Assembly (NCBI GenBank): GCA_918797485.1 | Contig: CAKKNE010000003.1 | Coordinates: 4,464,001-4,528,000, forward strand | DNA: 64,000 nucleotides | DNA from: Pelagomonas calceolata | Lineage: Eukaryota | Direction of reading: 5' to 3' | Shown here: positions 1-12,333 of the stretch, piece after piece | Numbering within the stretch: position 1 is the stretch's first letter | How the letters are laid out: every line of letters begins with the position of its first letter | Position numbers and translations under genes: made by a program | The notes under the pieces: model-generated | Told to the model about the DNA's origin: nothing | Seen by the model: only the letters and a program-made list of their open reading frames with translations | Database searches by the model: none

Positions 1-1398
1 GCCCAGATTGACCTCGTAGAGCAGCCCGGTGTGGCCGAGGCAGTCCGGCTCGAGGTCGTCGAGGCAGTTCACCGCGGAGCCGCCGCACGCCAGGGCGATG
101 CGCTCCATGTTCCGGCGCTTGGCCCGTCGACACGCCCAGATGCCCTCCTTGGCGAGCATGTCCAGGGAGAGGGGGTCGATGCCCTTTTGGTTGATGACGA
201 CGAACGACTCGCCCTCCTTGCACACGCGGCGCTTGAACTCGATGACCTGCGGGGCGCGACCGGATTCGGCGGCGGCGGCGCGTCATCTCTCCGCCGGCGA
301 TGCCACCGCCGCGACGGACAGGACGCCGCGGGGCGGACCTGCTTCACCTTGTCGTCCGTGAACTTGCGCTCGCTCTCGATGAGCCTCTCGCGCTGCTCCG
401 CGTTCGAGTAGTAGAAGCCCGAGGCGACCTCGGACTTTTCGTACTCGAGCGAGACGTTGCACGTGAGGACGTGGCCTGCGCGGCGCGGCGCCGTCGCGCG
501 ACCGCCGCGGCCCGCTCGCGATCGCGAAGACGTTTCGCACGAAGACGCGAGACCACGGAGACGCCATCGACGCGACCCCGTCCCGGTCGGGTCCGATTTC
601 CGCGCCGCGTCGCCGACAGTTCGTGAGGCGCTTGGGCATGTCGGGGTGCCGCGACGCGTGGTCGAGCACCAGGCCTCGCACGAACCGGGAGTCGGCCCCG
701 AGCTTGTGCTCCATGGTCATCACCTCGACCATGTGCAGGTCGACGGCCAAACTCCCCTCGTCGTCTTCGTCGCGCACCGTCAGGACGGCGTCCACGACGG
801 CCCCGGTCATGAGGTCCGCGATCTTCGGCTGGAGCTTCGTCCGGAGCGCGGTCCGCGCGACGCTCTGGAGGAGCTCCCGCGGCGGATTCTTCGCGTCCAC
901 GCCGACGGCGCACGCGTCGAGGATTTCGAGCGCCTTGTCCCGCGCGAGGTCGTAGCCCTCGGCGATGACGCGCGGGTGCATGCCCTCGCCGACGTATCGT
1001 TCCGCGCACTTCAGAAGTTCGCCCGTCAGCAACACCACGGACGTCGTGCCGTCGCCCGTGATTTCGTCCTGCGCGGTGGCGGTGCGCGCGATCATGGTCG
1101 CCGTCGGGTGCCTGCGTAGAGATCGACCGGCGAGCGTATGAGCGCCGACACGCTCCTGATCGAAAAATTGCGGCGCCGTCGGGCGCATGATCTGCATCTC
1201 CTTCAGGAGGACGGCGCCGTCCTTCGTGAGCTTGATCTGGCCCGCGCCGCCCACGAGCATCTTCAGCGTTCCTCTCGGCCCGAGGTTCGACTTGAGGACC
1301 GACGCGAGCCCTCGGCCGGCGGAGACGTTGACTAAAAGCGACTGGGACTTGGCCACGATCTCGGCGTTCGGGTTGACGAGTTTGGCCGCGGCGGCCAT
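1..1398 (-). CDS. CCT6: T-complex protein 1 subunit zeta (3' end runs off the window); introns 1112-1186 (GC-AG), 476-617, 247-338
   Basis: [32 protein letters not shown] and [14 protein letters not shown] motifs. Removing the three introns restores [24 protein letters not shown] and KVKQVIEFKR. Confidence 0.95.
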
Positions 1399-1772
1399 GG
1401 CGCAAAGAATTGCCCGGCGCGTCTGTCTTCCTCGGGCGTCGCTTTCTTAGAGCGCTGCGAACCACAGCCGCTAAATGCGCAGCTGCAGGCTGCCAAGTGA
1501 ATAAGAGGTCTCAGCAAAACCCCCCTCCCCAACCCGCACGGACATAATGTGGGCTTCACTAGCGTTCATGCACATTAGCCCGGCTTTTCGCCCCTAGTGG
1601 GTTGCCCCCTCCCTCCAAAAAAAACCGCCGCGAAAAAAGATGGTACAACGATATGTTCTATAAGCAAAGGTGAACTTTGCCCGGCCATCGGCGGCCCGGG
1701 ACTCGGACAACGAGACGCCTCGGAGTGTTTTTATTATAAACTGGTTTGCGGTGTAGCGTCGTTAGACACCCA

Positions 1773-1827
1773 ATGTATAGTCTCAAATTTCGAGAGTGAG
1801 AGATACATATCTAGGGTAGGAAGGGCA
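1773..1827 (-). mobile_element. Fragment of TA...TA LTR family A
   Basis: Reverse complement matches the 5' part of the solo LTR at 15233 (cccttcctaccctagatatgtatctc...tttgagactatacat). Confidence 0.8.
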
Positions 1828-2045
1828 GTACCTCGGTACTTGCTGGTACCGTAGGTACCGTGGTACGTCCCCTCCATACGCAGGTATGAACGTACCGTGG
1901 TACCGAGTGCCGCAGGCGCGGCAGGCACTGTTCAAGGAGCTCACAGATTATAACACAAAAAAACACACAACACGCTCCGACATGGAACGGGTGAAAATTT
2001 GGACGGTGTGACAGCTTTCGACTGACGCAGGAAGTCGTGTTGCAG

Positions 2046-3397
2046 ATGGCCGTCGCCGCGGGCCGGCATGCAATCTCGACCCGCATCGGCGGCGCGGCCC
2101 GCTCGTGGCCGCTCTGCACGCTCGCGCTCGTTCTGGGAGAAGCCGCGCTGCTCTACGTAATAATAAGCACCGTCGCCTACACGGAGATCGACTACGCGAC
2201 CTACCTGGCGCAGAAGAATGCCGTGTTAGCGGGCGAGCGCGACTATTCGAAGATACACGGGCCGCAGGGACCTTTGGTCTACCCCGCCGGCCACGTGTGG
2301 CTCTATGCCGTCATTGACTCCATATGTCAGGGCAGCGTCGAAGCAGCGCAGCGTCTGTTCGCCGTGATGTACGTGCTGGACGTGTACGTTGTGGCGCGCA
2401 TCTACCGAGCGACCTTCTTCCCTTCAAGAACGTTCCCGCCCGTCCTTCTCTCGCTCCTCGCGCTGTCGAAGAGGGCGCACTCGGTGTTTGCGTTGCGGCT
2501 GTTCAACGACGGCCCCTGCGCGTTACTAAGCCACGCGGCGGTGCTGCTCTTCGTGCAGTCGCGGGACGCGGCGGCCTGTGTCGTGTACTCGCTGGCGTGT
2601 TCGGTCAAGATGTCGGCTTTACTGTACGCGCCGGCGGTCTACGTGGGGGTTCAGCGCGGCGAGGGGCCTTCGACGCAAGACGCCGGCGTCGCGGCGACGC
2701 GAGACCCGCGCAGGTGCTACTCGCGGCCAAAAAAGGACATACAGGAGCGGTAACGACGATCCTCGGCTGCTGCGCCTCCGTGCAACTTTTGGTAGGGCTG
2801 CCGTTCCTGGCGCACGACCCCATCAGTTACATGAAGAATGCCTTTGATTTCGGGCGGGGCTTCAAGCATCGATGGTCTGTAAACTTTAAGTGGATCCCTT
2901 GTGAACCGCGGCCGCCTCAACTGATAACGCCGTTGCGCGACTGCGACGGGCCGTTCGCCTCGTCGTACTTCAAGGCCTGTACGCTCGCGCTCCACCTCAC
3001 GTTACTAGCCCTGTACGTCGACCGCTCTCTACGACGGCGGAACTTCCGGGGCCGGGGCGGGTTGATCGCGTTCGTCCGGGCGCCGCGCAAGTACGGGGCG
3101 ATCCCGGGTGATCGAATAGCGCCGCTCCTGTTCGCGTGCAACTTCATCGGCGTCGCGTGCGCGCGGTCGCTGCACTTCCAGTTCGTGGTCTGGTACGGCA
3201 ACACGCTGCCTCTGTTATTGTGGACGACGGCCGTGCCTCGGTTTTTGTGCGTCGCGTTGGTGGTGGCCGTCGAGGCGTGCTGGAACCCCTGGGGTTTGAA
3301 CGAGTCATCTTCGGTCGAGTCGTCGCTGTTGCTCACGGCCGCGCATCTGATTCTGGTTGCGGCGCTCCTCGCGGATAGTAAGCGTAAGGTCCGGTAG
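2046..3397 (+). CDS. ALG3: Dol-P-Man:Man5GlcNAc2-PP-Dol alpha-1,3-mannosyltransferase; intron 2643-2713
   Basis: YTEIDY, GPLVYPAGH, HSVFALRLFND, SVKM, WSVNFKW and ARSLHFQF motifs. The GT-AG intron joins APAVY|VLLAAKK. Confidence 0.93.
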
Positions 3398-3554
3398 AGA
3401 CACCACGCGGTGATCTAGGGCGCCACGGCGGCGGTGTGGAGTGGTGCGGAACTCCCAACCACCACACCAACCTTGAACCCCGATTCCAACATCTCTTGTC
3501 CTTCTACTTGTGCCAGTGCCACTGGCAGTGGTAGATCTAGTGGTAGCAAGCCTG

Positions 3555-3700
3555 CTAGGATGCAAGTAACCTGTCCATTACCCGCCATTAGCCTATAATT
3601 CACCCTCGGAGGGGATCCGGGGTTAATAACCCGGTCAATAAATCGGCACTTTAATCACTCAACGTTTTAACAACCAAAACCCGTTAAACCCGTTTAGTGA
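3555..3700. mobile_element. Decayed fragment of the hAT-like MITE at 59878
   Basis: ctcggaggggatccggggttaataacccgg and aaacccgtttagtg are reverse complements of internal segments of 59878-60258. Confidence 0.65.
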
Positions 3701-4120
3701 AGTCGTCCCGCCGCGTTTTCAGCTTCTTGCGCAGCGACTTAACAGTGGCTCTTTTCGCTTGTGCGCGCTCATTTTCGATGCGATTTTCGGCTGCGCGGTG
3801 CGTTGGGGACTGGTAGAGGGCGAATCGTGCTCAGGCTGCGGGTGCGTTTGTGTTTTTACAACGGCGGGGCACGTGCAGGGTAGTAAGTTAGTGAAGCAGT
3901 TGTATACAAGAATACACCGAAGATGATGATGACGATAAATTTGGAAAAGACTCTAATTGCAAAAGAGGAGAAGTCATATGAGAACTCCCTCAGTGAACTT
4001 GAAGCTAAAGACACCGTCAGCCGCTGGTATGACGATACAGCGAGCTGGCCCGGGCAAATTCCAGTTTGAAAAAGTTCATTTTTTATTTAGAAGAAACATC
4101 ACATGCAACAGACAAAAGGC

Positions 4121-6097
4121 CTAGTCCTTCCGCCAGCCCCTCGGCAGTGGCAGCCGCGGCGCCAGGAATGCCGGCAGCCCCGCGTCCGTCAGCCGCCCCC
4201 GGAGGCGCTCCGTGAGCCCGTCCGCGACTTGCGCCAGCGACTCCTGGCTCGCCGCGTCGTTGTCGACGATCGCAGCTTGGAAGACGGCCGCCGCGCCGTC
4301 GCGCGCGGCCGGCACCTTCGCGATGCGCGCGAGGGGTGCCGCGTCAGCGTCCTCGGGAGTCGCCGCGTCGTCGTCGAGCGCCGCGAGCGCCTCGGGGAGG
4401 CGCGAGACGACTGCGGACTCGTCCTCGGACAGCCTCGGGACCAGGGCCTCGGCCTTGGCGCGGAGAAACGGGGGGCCCCGCTCCCCAATGGCACGCCACA
4501 CGAGGTCGCGGCCGAGGGAGTCCAGCGCGTCCACGGCCTCGTCGCAGGCCAGGGCCCGCGTCGCTTCGTCCTCGAGCACCGCATCCAGCGACGAGGTCGC
4601 GGACGTCGACGTCTGCTGGGCGGTCTTCAAGAGGGACCTCAGCTTCGAGCCGTCGATACTATTCCCGTCGCCCGCGACGCCGTATAACAGCTCCCTCAGT
4701 AAGCTGGACGTATCAGAACGCTGTTGCGCGAGCCGCGCCGCCACCGGTAGGATGTCGTCCACAATTTTAAAGTCCGGGTCCGCCCGCAGCGCGAGACCTT
4801 CCAACTGGAGCACGGCGCGGCCCAGCAGCACCATGCTCGGTGGCAGACTCGTCGGGAGGCCGGTCGACGCTTGCGCTACATCTCCGAATAAAGTGGAGGC
4901 CTGGTAGGCGTTGATGGCCTTCGCGCCTCCCCCAGAATCGAGGTAGGGCCCGATGATACTTTTGGCGACGCGCTCCGCCTCGGACCGCGTCGCCGCGTCA
5001 AGCGTCTCGGGGAGAAAACCCAGCGACGCCGCCGCCGAGACGACGCGCGCCCAGTCGCGCGCCGCCAGCGCGAGCGACAAGGACAGCAAAGCTAGCGAAT
5101 CCTCCCGGCCAATCTCGACCATGAGCCCGCAGTCCAGGACACACAGCTCATCTTTTGCGGTCCACAACAAGTTCCCGCCGTGGCAATCGGCGTGGAAGTA
5201 GCCGTCGACGTATAAGGCCTGGCAGTAGGCGTTGCGGATGCAGTCGACGCTTTTCTTGAGCTGCCACGATCGATCGCTCAATTCGTTCAACGCGCGCCCG
5301 TCGACCCACTCGCTGACGAGCACGTCCCTCGTCGCGCCGAGCACGCGCGGGACCGTCACGTGCTCTACCGCATGCATGTTGCGCCGGAATTTCTCCTGCC
5401 GCTCTCCTTCGCCCTCGAAGTCGAGCTCGGACCAGAGGGCCGACGCGAGCCCGCCCAGCAAAAGACGCCAGTCCACGTTCGACTGGCCCAGCACCCTGGG
5501 CGCCCAGGTCTCCAGGGCCTCGCCGGCCCTCAACAGCACGCACAGGTCGACCGCGACCGCGTCCCGCACGCCCGGCCGCAGGACCTTGCACGCCACCTCC
5601 GTGACCTCGCCGTCCCTCCCCTGCCAGGTGCCGCGGTGCACCTGGGCTACGGACGCGCACGCGGCCGCGGTCGCGTTCACGCGCTTTAAATGGACGAAGT
5701 CCGCCGCCCAGATCGCGTCGACGGCGTCCGGGCTTCCCACGGACACGGTCGCCTGCAGCCGGGCGAGCTCCGCGGCCCAGACGGGGCCGACCACGTCCTC
5801 GCGGACCGAGAGGAGCTGGCCGATCTTTATAAAAGTTGGTCCGAGCCGCTCGAGCGCCGCCGCCGCGTCGCGCGCGAAGCGGGCGTCGTCTCGCCGGAGC
5901 GCGCCGGCGGCCCAGAGCTGGCCCGCGCGCGCCTGGAGCGGCAGCGCCTCGGCCGCGACGGCCGCCGTCCGTTTTATCAGGGCCGCCGGCCGCGCGTCGA
6001 GGTAGCGTTCGAAGGCGGCTCTATCAAACTCGCGTGGCCAGTCCGTGGCGCGCAGCGCGCGGCACGTCCAGACGAGACTGAGTACGTATAAGGACAT
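4121..6097 (-). CDS. ABC1/UbiB atypical kinase, probably plastid-targeted
   Basis: LGPTFIKIGQLLSVRED, ACASVAQVHRG, VACKVLRPG, FHADCHGGN and LDCGL motifs. Start placed at MSLYVLSLV. Confidence 0.9.
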   Translation of the reverse strand: MSLYVLSLVWTCRALRATDWPREFDRAAFERYLDARPAALIKRTAAVAAEALPLQARAGQLWAAGALRRDDARFARDAAAALERLGPTFIKIGQLLSVREDVVGPVWAAELARLQATVSVGSPDAVDAIWAADFVHLKRVNATAAACASVAQVHRGTWQGRDGEVTEVACKVLRPGVRDAVAVDLCVLLRAGEALETWAPRVLGQSNVDWRLLLGGLASALWSELDFEGEGERQEKFRRNMHAVEHVTVPRVLGATRDVLVSEWVDGRALNELSDRSWQLKKSVDCIRNAYCQALYVDGYFHADCHGGNLLWTAKDELCVLDCGLMVEIGREDSLALLSLSLALAARDWARVVSAAASLGFLPETLDAATRSEAERVAKSIIGPYLDSGGGAKAINAYQASTLFGDVAQASTGLPTSLPPSMVLLGRAVLQLEGLALRADPDFKIVDDILPVAARLAQQRSDTSSLLRELLYGVAGDGNSIDGSKLRSLLKTAQQTSTSATSSLDAVLEDEATRALACDEAVDALDSLGRDLVWRAIGERGPPFLRAKAEALVPRLSEDESAVVSRLPEALAALDDDAATPEDADAAPLARIAKVPAARDGAAAVFQAAIVDNDAASQESLAQVADGLTERLRGRLTDAGLPAFLAPRLPLPRGWRKD

Positions 6098-6445
6098 AGG
6101 AGAAACCCTCGAGCTAGATTCGCCCCAGTCGTTCCCTCCAACTATTACAATACCTGCGTAAGACGCGCGAGCTAAGTTGCTAGCGGCCTGTAACACACTA
6201 GCGGGGGGTAAAAACCCGTACCGTACTAGCTAGCGCAGCATAGCGCAGCTAGCTATTTAGAGCAAAATATTACGGGCGGGGCGGGGAATGACAACACACA
6301 CACTAGCACAGTGGGTGCTGATCTAAAACTTTATAGGCTCTGGCATCCTTTCCGCGCGAAGCATGCTGTACCGTAAGATTCTCCAATTACTGCGTTGAAG
6401 ACTAATCGACATCCCGCGAGCGCACGCGGGGGTCATAGCGTCGTG

Positions 6446-6892
6446 ATGAGCCTTTTCTCGTCCGACGTGCCCGTCGCCGGGCCCTACGCGCCGAGCTGTT
6501 CCAGCCGGACGGCGGACGGCGCGCTGCGCGGCGTCTTGGTCGGCTGGTGCTGGACGGCGGCGTTCCGCGACGACGCGTCGCCGGCGATGCACGATGGACG
6601 GGCCGTCGCGAAGCCGCCGTCGCTCGCGAGGCTGACCCTGAAAAACAGCGCCGGCTTCGCCGCTTTCCTGGGCGCGTTCGCTGCCGCGACGTGCTTTTGC
6701 GAACGTACGCGCCGAGCGGACGACGCCTGGAACAAGGTGTTCGGCGGCGCCGTCGCCGGCGCCGTCGCCGGCGCGCGGGCGCCGCTGTCGTTGCGAGTCG
6801 TCGCGACGTCGGCGGGCTGGACGGCGGCGGTCGTGGGCGGCGTGTTCTTTTTGGCGGAGGGCCGCCGGGGCGGCGGGGGGCACGCGGGGTAA
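6446..6892 (+). CDS. Tim17/Tim22/Tim23 (PRAT) family membrane protein
   Basis: FAAFLGAF...CFCERTRRADDAWNKVFGGAVAGAV signature. Confidence 0.8.
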   Translation: MSLFSSDVPVAGPYAPSCSSRTADGALRGVLVGWCWTAAFRDDASPAMHDGRAVAKPPSLARLTLKNSAGFAAFLGAFAAATCFCERTRRADDAWNKVFGGAVAGAVAGARAPLSLRVVATSAGWTAAVVGGVFFLAEGRRGGGGHAG

Positions 6893-7292
6893 AATGTTGT
6901 TTACTAGTACGTATCACGATCAGTCGTGAGGCGAGCTATTGGACGCCGTTCTCTATCTACGCAGACGACGACGAAGACGACGATGCCGACTTCCGGTTTG
7001 CCGTGATGGTTAAAGAGACGGAAATCGTGGCCGAGTTGGCCGAACGGATCTTTGGTGCCTGGCAAAGCCCGGGCCCTGTATTGATCTGCGACAGGTCGAA
7101 GAGGACGTACTTGTTTGGGAACTAAGCCCAGCTTAGGGATATAATTCCCTTGCTCCTAACTGCCAAAGGTTGCTGGGTCGAACAGCCATACCGTAGGTAT
7201 CATAGCAGGTAGGTCTTATGGTGGGGATATGTCGTGCCGCGGTCTGCCGCCCTTTTAAGCGGCGTGGGCCCCGCCCCCCTCGGCACTGGAAG

Positions 7293-8231
7293 ATGGAGGA
7301 AACGAAAACGGAGCCCGGGCAGCCCGACGCGGCGGCCGACGCGACGGCTTGCGACTGGTCCCGTGTCGGGTACCGCTGGGGCCTCCTCTTCCTCGTCATG
7401 GGAGGGGGCTTCTTCGTGGGCGCGACGCTGCTGGCGACGGGCGCGCGACGGGCGGCGAGCAACGGCGACGGCAGGCGCGGGCCGAGTTACGACGACGCGA
7501 CGTGCGACCTGCTGTCCGTCGACGCGCAAAAGACGCAGACGTCGCGGGGCTGCTACGACGTCTTCCGCTACGCGTTCCGCGGGACCGGCGAAGCGACGCG
7601 ACACTTCGACGCCGCGTCGGTGTTGAACTGCACGGCTTCGACGTGCGACGAGTGCGCCACGAATACGCGGTCGCCCGTCGCGGGCCGCGTCGGCGACGTC
7701 GTGCCCTGTTTCCGCCAGAAAGGCGCGCCGCACGACTGCGAAGACTGCTTCGCGCTGGTCGCGCGGCCGGACCCGATCTGGCTCGAGGCGCGCTACCGGC
7801 CCTGGACCCAATTTGCGGTCGCGGGCGGCGCGCTGCTCGTCGTGTCCGTCTCGGCCGCCTGCCTGTTGGCGTGCGCGCAATGCTTGGTGCGGGGATCGCT
7901 CTTCCCCGTCACGCGCGGCGGGCCCTTCTGGCCTCACTTAGAGGACGACGAGGCCCTGTACCTCGTGCGGTGCCTGTCGGCGCCGGTCGACGCGGCTGCG
8001 TACCAGCGCTTCTACGTCTTCTTTGTCGTGGCGGGCGGGCTGCTCGTCGGCGCGTCACTCGCGAAATTGCGCCGGGGCCCGTCGCTGGCGGTCTTCGGAG
8101 GGCTCGCACTGATGACCGCCGCGGCGCTGCGGCTCGCGGTCGCGAGCGGCGCGCGCCGGCCGGGCAAGGACGAGGGGAAAGTGGCCGCGGCGGACCAGTG
8201 GCGGCACCATGGCTTCGACGGCGGCGCGTAA
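7293..8231 (+). CDS. Hypothetical multi-pass membrane protein with a Cys-rich loop
   Basis: Open frame with GC3 bias, about four hydrophobic helices and a Cys-rich extramembrane segment. Confidence 0.6.
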   Translation: MEETKTEPGQPDAAADATACDWSRVGYRWGLLFLVMGGGFFVGATLLATGARRAASNGDGRRGPSYDDATCDLLSVDAQKTQTSRGCYDVFRYAFRGTGEATRHFDAASVLNCTASTCDECATNTRSPVAGRVGDVVPCFRQKGAPHDCEDCFALVARPDPIWLEARYRPWTQFAVAGGALLVVSVSAACLLACAQCLVRGSLFPVTRGGPFWPHLEDDEALYLVRCLSAPVDAAAYQRFYVFFVVAGGLLVGASLAKLRRGPSLAVFGGLALMTAAALRLAVASGARRPGKDEGKVAAADQWRHHGFDGGA

Positions 8232-8245
8232 CAATTTAACACAAG

Positions 8246-9662
8246 TTAGTCCACGAACGGCAGTCGCCGGGACACCGCGCACCAGGCGGCCCACATGTCA
8301 GGGACACACCGCGGCGCGCGCCACGTCTCCTCGTTCGCGAACCACCCACAAATATCAGGCGGCGGGCCCGGCACGGTCCGCGCCGCCTCGCCGGCGCAGC
8401 CGCGCCGCCACGCGTCTTTGCGCCGCCGCAGCGCCGCGACCTGTGTGGAAATCAAATTTACGGGGCGTTTGTCCTGAATCACCGCGTCACCCTCCACGCC
8501 ATCGACGCGACACCTGCTCGACGACGTGGCGATGTCGGTTCCTCGCCGCTCGACGGCGCCAGCGCGGCCACGTCATCGCCGAGAAATGACTTAGTGAAGG
8601 TTTATCGGGTGCACCCGACACACTGGTTGACTTCCACACAGGCCGCGACGTCCGCCCGCGACGTCGAGGCCCGCGCGACCCAGGCGTTCAGCGCGTTCTC
8701 CGCCGTGCCGTGCAGCACGGCGTCGTAGGGCTCCACGTGACGGAGCGTTGCTCGGTCCGCCGCGGACAGGGTGGCGGGCCGCGGCGCCGTCGCGAGCGGC
8801 AGCAGCCGGTCCGCGTCCCAGCCGTAGGCCGCGGCGAGGAGCGCGAGCGACTCGTCGGGCCGCTCCGCGACGAACGGCAGCCTGCGCGGACGCGCGACCG
8901 CTCGCCGCCGTCGCCGCGTTTGAGTCAGACGCCGCGGCGGCGCCAGCGCCCGGTCGCGAGCGCGTCGAGGCGGCTCTCGAAGTACGTGGCGAAGCACGGG
9001 TCGGCGGGCGCCGCCAGCCCCACGACGGCGCGCGCCTGGCGCGAGAGGCGGAGCGGCGCGACCGCCCGCTGCGTCGCGGCGTGCGTCGCGGCGGAGGCGT
9101 TCTCCGCGACGCGCAGCAGCGCGCGGAGCGGCCGCGGCGCCCAGGCCCCCACGAGCAAGTCCATGGGGTCCCGCACGTGCACAACGAACTGACCGAAGGC
9201 CGCGGGCACCATCGCCGTTAAAAAAGGGTGGTACGCGCCGGGCGCGAGCCATGCTTCTCGCGGCCAGCGCCCGCCCCGCAGGGCCTGCCGCACGGGCCTC
9301 TTGCGAAAGTCCCACTCGGGGTCCGCGCAGCACGGGAGGCGCGCGTCCGCCCCATCAATTTGGGTCTGGGCCAGCGCGTACGCGAGCGCGGCGCGCGCCG
9401 CGGCGCGGCGGCCGCCCGCGGCGCCGAGCAACACGAGGCCCGGGCCCTCGCGCCGCAGGGGGCTCCGGAGCCGGCTGTGCCGCGCGCCCAGGCGCGTCTG
9501 GAGTTTGAGTTTCGTCAGGCGGCAGCGCCGCGCCGACGGCCGGCCCGCCTCCGCGACCAAGGCGCCCCCGTCGTCGGCCAGCTGGAACACGACCACCGCG
9601 ATGGTCGCTAGCGTCGCGCCCGTGGCGCCGAGGAGCAGGGCGAGCGCGGCCCAGCGGCGCAT
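8246..9662 (-). CDS. Galactose-3-O-sulfotransferase-like Golgi sulfotransferase; introns ~8882-8943 (GC-AG, donor tentative) and 8441-8649 (introner)
   Basis: N-terminal signal anchor, VHVRDP, LPFVAERPDESLALLAAAYGW and YDAVLH. Removing the introner gives RAD|VAALRRRK...C. Confidence 0.7.
8441..8641. mobile_element. Near-intact introner (MITE acting as an intron)
   Basis: TIRs ctgtgtggaaatcaa/ttgacttccacacag and 8-bp TSD gccgcgac (8433-8440, 8642-8649). Aligns along its length with 33747-33949. Confidence 0.95.
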
Positions 9663-9975
9663 CGTCGGCTCTCTCCGCGTTTCTCGAGTTGCATGAGACA
9701 AGTGGGCAGCCCCGCCTTTTTTGTTTTGGTGTGTCTCTCGCCATGCCAGGCATCTCTCTGACCACTCTTGGTTCATAACTGTACGACAAGCAGTTCCTGT
9801 CGTTGCGGGTATTTAATTACGAGGAGGATCGAGCGCAAGCTGAGACCTATTTACGAGATGACTGCGCGCAGCGGTGTCAGTAAGTTTCAGACGACTTTTG
9901 AGCTCCTGAGGGGTCAATCTGGCACATGGCCCAGCGAAGAGAGCGCACGTTCGGCTGCTGCGCTGGGAACGAGGA

Positions 9976-10864
9976 ATGGGGGGGAGTGAGAGGGGTCGAG
10001 GAGGCCCAAACAACGGCTGCGGCGCTGCACACGGGCTCGAGGAGTTTCGCGCCGGACGCGCGACCAAAAAAATTCGCCGAGCGGCCCCCGCAACCTCGTC
10101 GCGCGAGGCCCGAATTCCTCGCGGCGTCCACGCGCCCGCGCGACCGCGCCACCCCCCGCCGCAGAAGCTTCTCGTGGCGCTCCTCGTGGCGCCGGCCGCG
10201 GCGCTCGCGCCGAACTTCGGGCCCACGGCGCCGGCGCTCGACGGCATGCCGGGCATCGGCAAGGAGACGGGCGACAAGGCCTGGGACCCCTACGGGTTCA
10301 GCCTGAAGGCGTCCTCGGAGACGCTGGGCTGGTTTCGCGCGGCCGAGATCAAGCACGGGCGGGTGGCGATGCTCGCCTTCACGGGCTTCTGCGTCCAGGG
10401 CGCGGGCCTCGGGAACATCCCGCTGACGCCGGGCGCCGCGCCGCTTTCGTCGAAGCCCTTCGAGGCGCTGGGCCAGGTGCCGGCGGCGGGCATCGCGCAG
10501 ATCGTCATGACGATCGGGCTGATCGAGCTCTACTCGGAGAGCGTCAAGCCGCACTACACGCAGGGCGGCCAGCCCGGCTACCTGCCCATCATCGCGCCGA
10601 GCGGCCTCGCGGACGGCGGCGTCGACCTGCGGGCGGCGAACAAGGAGCTCAAGAACGGGCGTCTGGCGATGATCGGCGTCATGGGCTTCTTCGCGGCGGC
10701 GGCCGTGCCGGGCTCGGTGCCCGCGTTGGGCGCGTACGCGGCGTCCGAGGGGCCTTCTTCCGGGGGTGGGCGGCTGGGACCGTCGCCGGCCGCACCAATC
10801 ATCGTCGTTTTTGTCTCTGACGCGCTCGGTCCGCGCAGATCTTATCCCGGGCTTTGCGCTCTAG
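9976..10864 (+). CDS. Light-harvesting chlorophyll a/c (FCP/LHC) protein; first exon uncertain (acceptor at 10164), probable GC-AG intron 10730-10838
   Basis: WDPYGFS, FRAAEIKHGRVAMLA and KELKNGRLAMIG motifs, plus signal peptide KLLVALLVAPAAA. Confidence 0.88.
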
Positions 10865-10912
10865 GTCGGGCGGTCGGTCGGGGGCCTTGTGTTAAGTCTC
10901 GCCAGCCATAGT

Positions 10913-11802
10913 TTACGACTCTACGACCCCAAAGGCCACGTCCGTGGCCCCCAGCAACCCGGCCACGGTGGCCGCGAGCGCTCCCTTCGCGTCGGGTAGC
11001 GTGAAGGGCGTGTACCCCTTGGCGTCGGGCGCGCCGTCGACGAGCAGCGCGGCGCCGGGCGCCCAGGGCACGCGGTCTCGGAGCGCGTCGAGGCGCGCGG
11101 GCGTCGCGACCTATGCGGAAATCAAACTTCAAGCGCCCCCGTCCCATCCCTTCCTCCCGCTACCGCGCCTGCTCGACGACGGCGGAGGTCACGGCGAAGG
11201 CAACCATTCTCAGTAACCAACCGGTCGATTTCCGCACCGGTCGCGACCGCGACCCTCGGCAGCGGGCTCAGCGTCGCGAGGGCGCGCTCCTGCTCCTTCC
11301 GATCTTTGTGCTTGCCGAAGAGCTTGAAGACGCGTCGGATCTTCGCGTGGTCGCGGAGCGTCCTGGCGAGGTCCGCGGCCCGCCTGGCCGACGTACAAAC
11401 GACCACCACGTCGACGTTGCGGCCGCACCCGCGCCGCACCCGCGCCGCCACCGCCATCTTGACATCGCCTTCGGGAGGTGCGCAGCGCGCCGGCAGCGCG
11501 GCCGCGTCCGCGTCCGGCAAGAGGTTTCGGAGCCACGCGGCCCACGCGGCACCGTCGCGCGGCGCCGGGCGCGGCGGCTTCGGCTTCTTCGCGGGCCCGC
11601 CCGCCGTTTGAAACGTGACCGGCGCCGTCGACGCCGGTTCGGCGGCCGCCGCGGCGCTCTCCTCGAGGATTGGCGGCGCGCCGGGCGTGGCGTCGTCGTC
11701 GTCGTCGTCGTCGTCGCGCGGCCGTTTTTTTTTTGTCCGCTTCTTTTTCTGGGCTGCTGGCTCCTCATGTTCGAATTGCGGCTCGTCGAGGTCGTCGTTC
11801 AT
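10913..11802 (-). CDS. CMSS1: CMS1/CMSS1 ribosomal small-subunit biogenesis protein; intron 11111-11247
   Basis: VVVCTSARRAADL and KLFGKHK motifs. The spliced sequence continues VAVATPARL...DAKGYTPF. Confidence 0.8.
11111..11239. mobile_element. Decaying introner
   Basis: TSD gtcgcgac (11103-11110, 11240-11247) and TIR remnants ctatgcggaaatcaa/tcgatttccgcaccg. Confidence 0.9.
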
Positions 11803-12333
11803 AGTGGCGGTCCCCTTAGCTGAAAACCGTCTTCTCCATCAAACGAGGCTGTAGCATAGAGTATAGAGTTTTGATATAGAGCTTACTCAGGCCAGCTCCC
11901 CTCGGTAGGCTGGCAGCCCTACGTAGCCCTACGTTGTCAGCTCGCCTGCGAGTGCAGCTCCGATATGCTCCGCGATCGGTTTATGCACGTCGGCCAGGGC
12001 TCCCCACTTGGCTCCCCCTGCCCTTCGCTAGTATGTCTATGACTCTAAATAAATTTAGAGACCGCGTTGTAGCTTGCTAGAGACCGCGTTACGCTAGCTT
12101 GGGTCAGGGGCTCGGCCTTGCCCCTGGGAACCCGTTTTGTTTGTTTGTTGGCATCCGCGGATATCCCTAGAGACCTACCGATCACTTTCTAAGACGCCTG
12201 GCGACCGCTAGTACGAGCTGGTAGTAGGGCCGCCCATGGGCCACCAGTCGAGAGAGTCGAGACTCTGCCAGTACAAAGGCCTCCAAGCCCCGGAACCCAA
12301 CGAACCCGTTGCTGGGAGCGGTCACCTCTCGCG

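Noticed and set aside
1557..1599. Mini-CACTA element (cactag...ctagtg)
   Set aside because: Only a 6-bp inverted match, and the flanks (tt/gg) are not duplicated.
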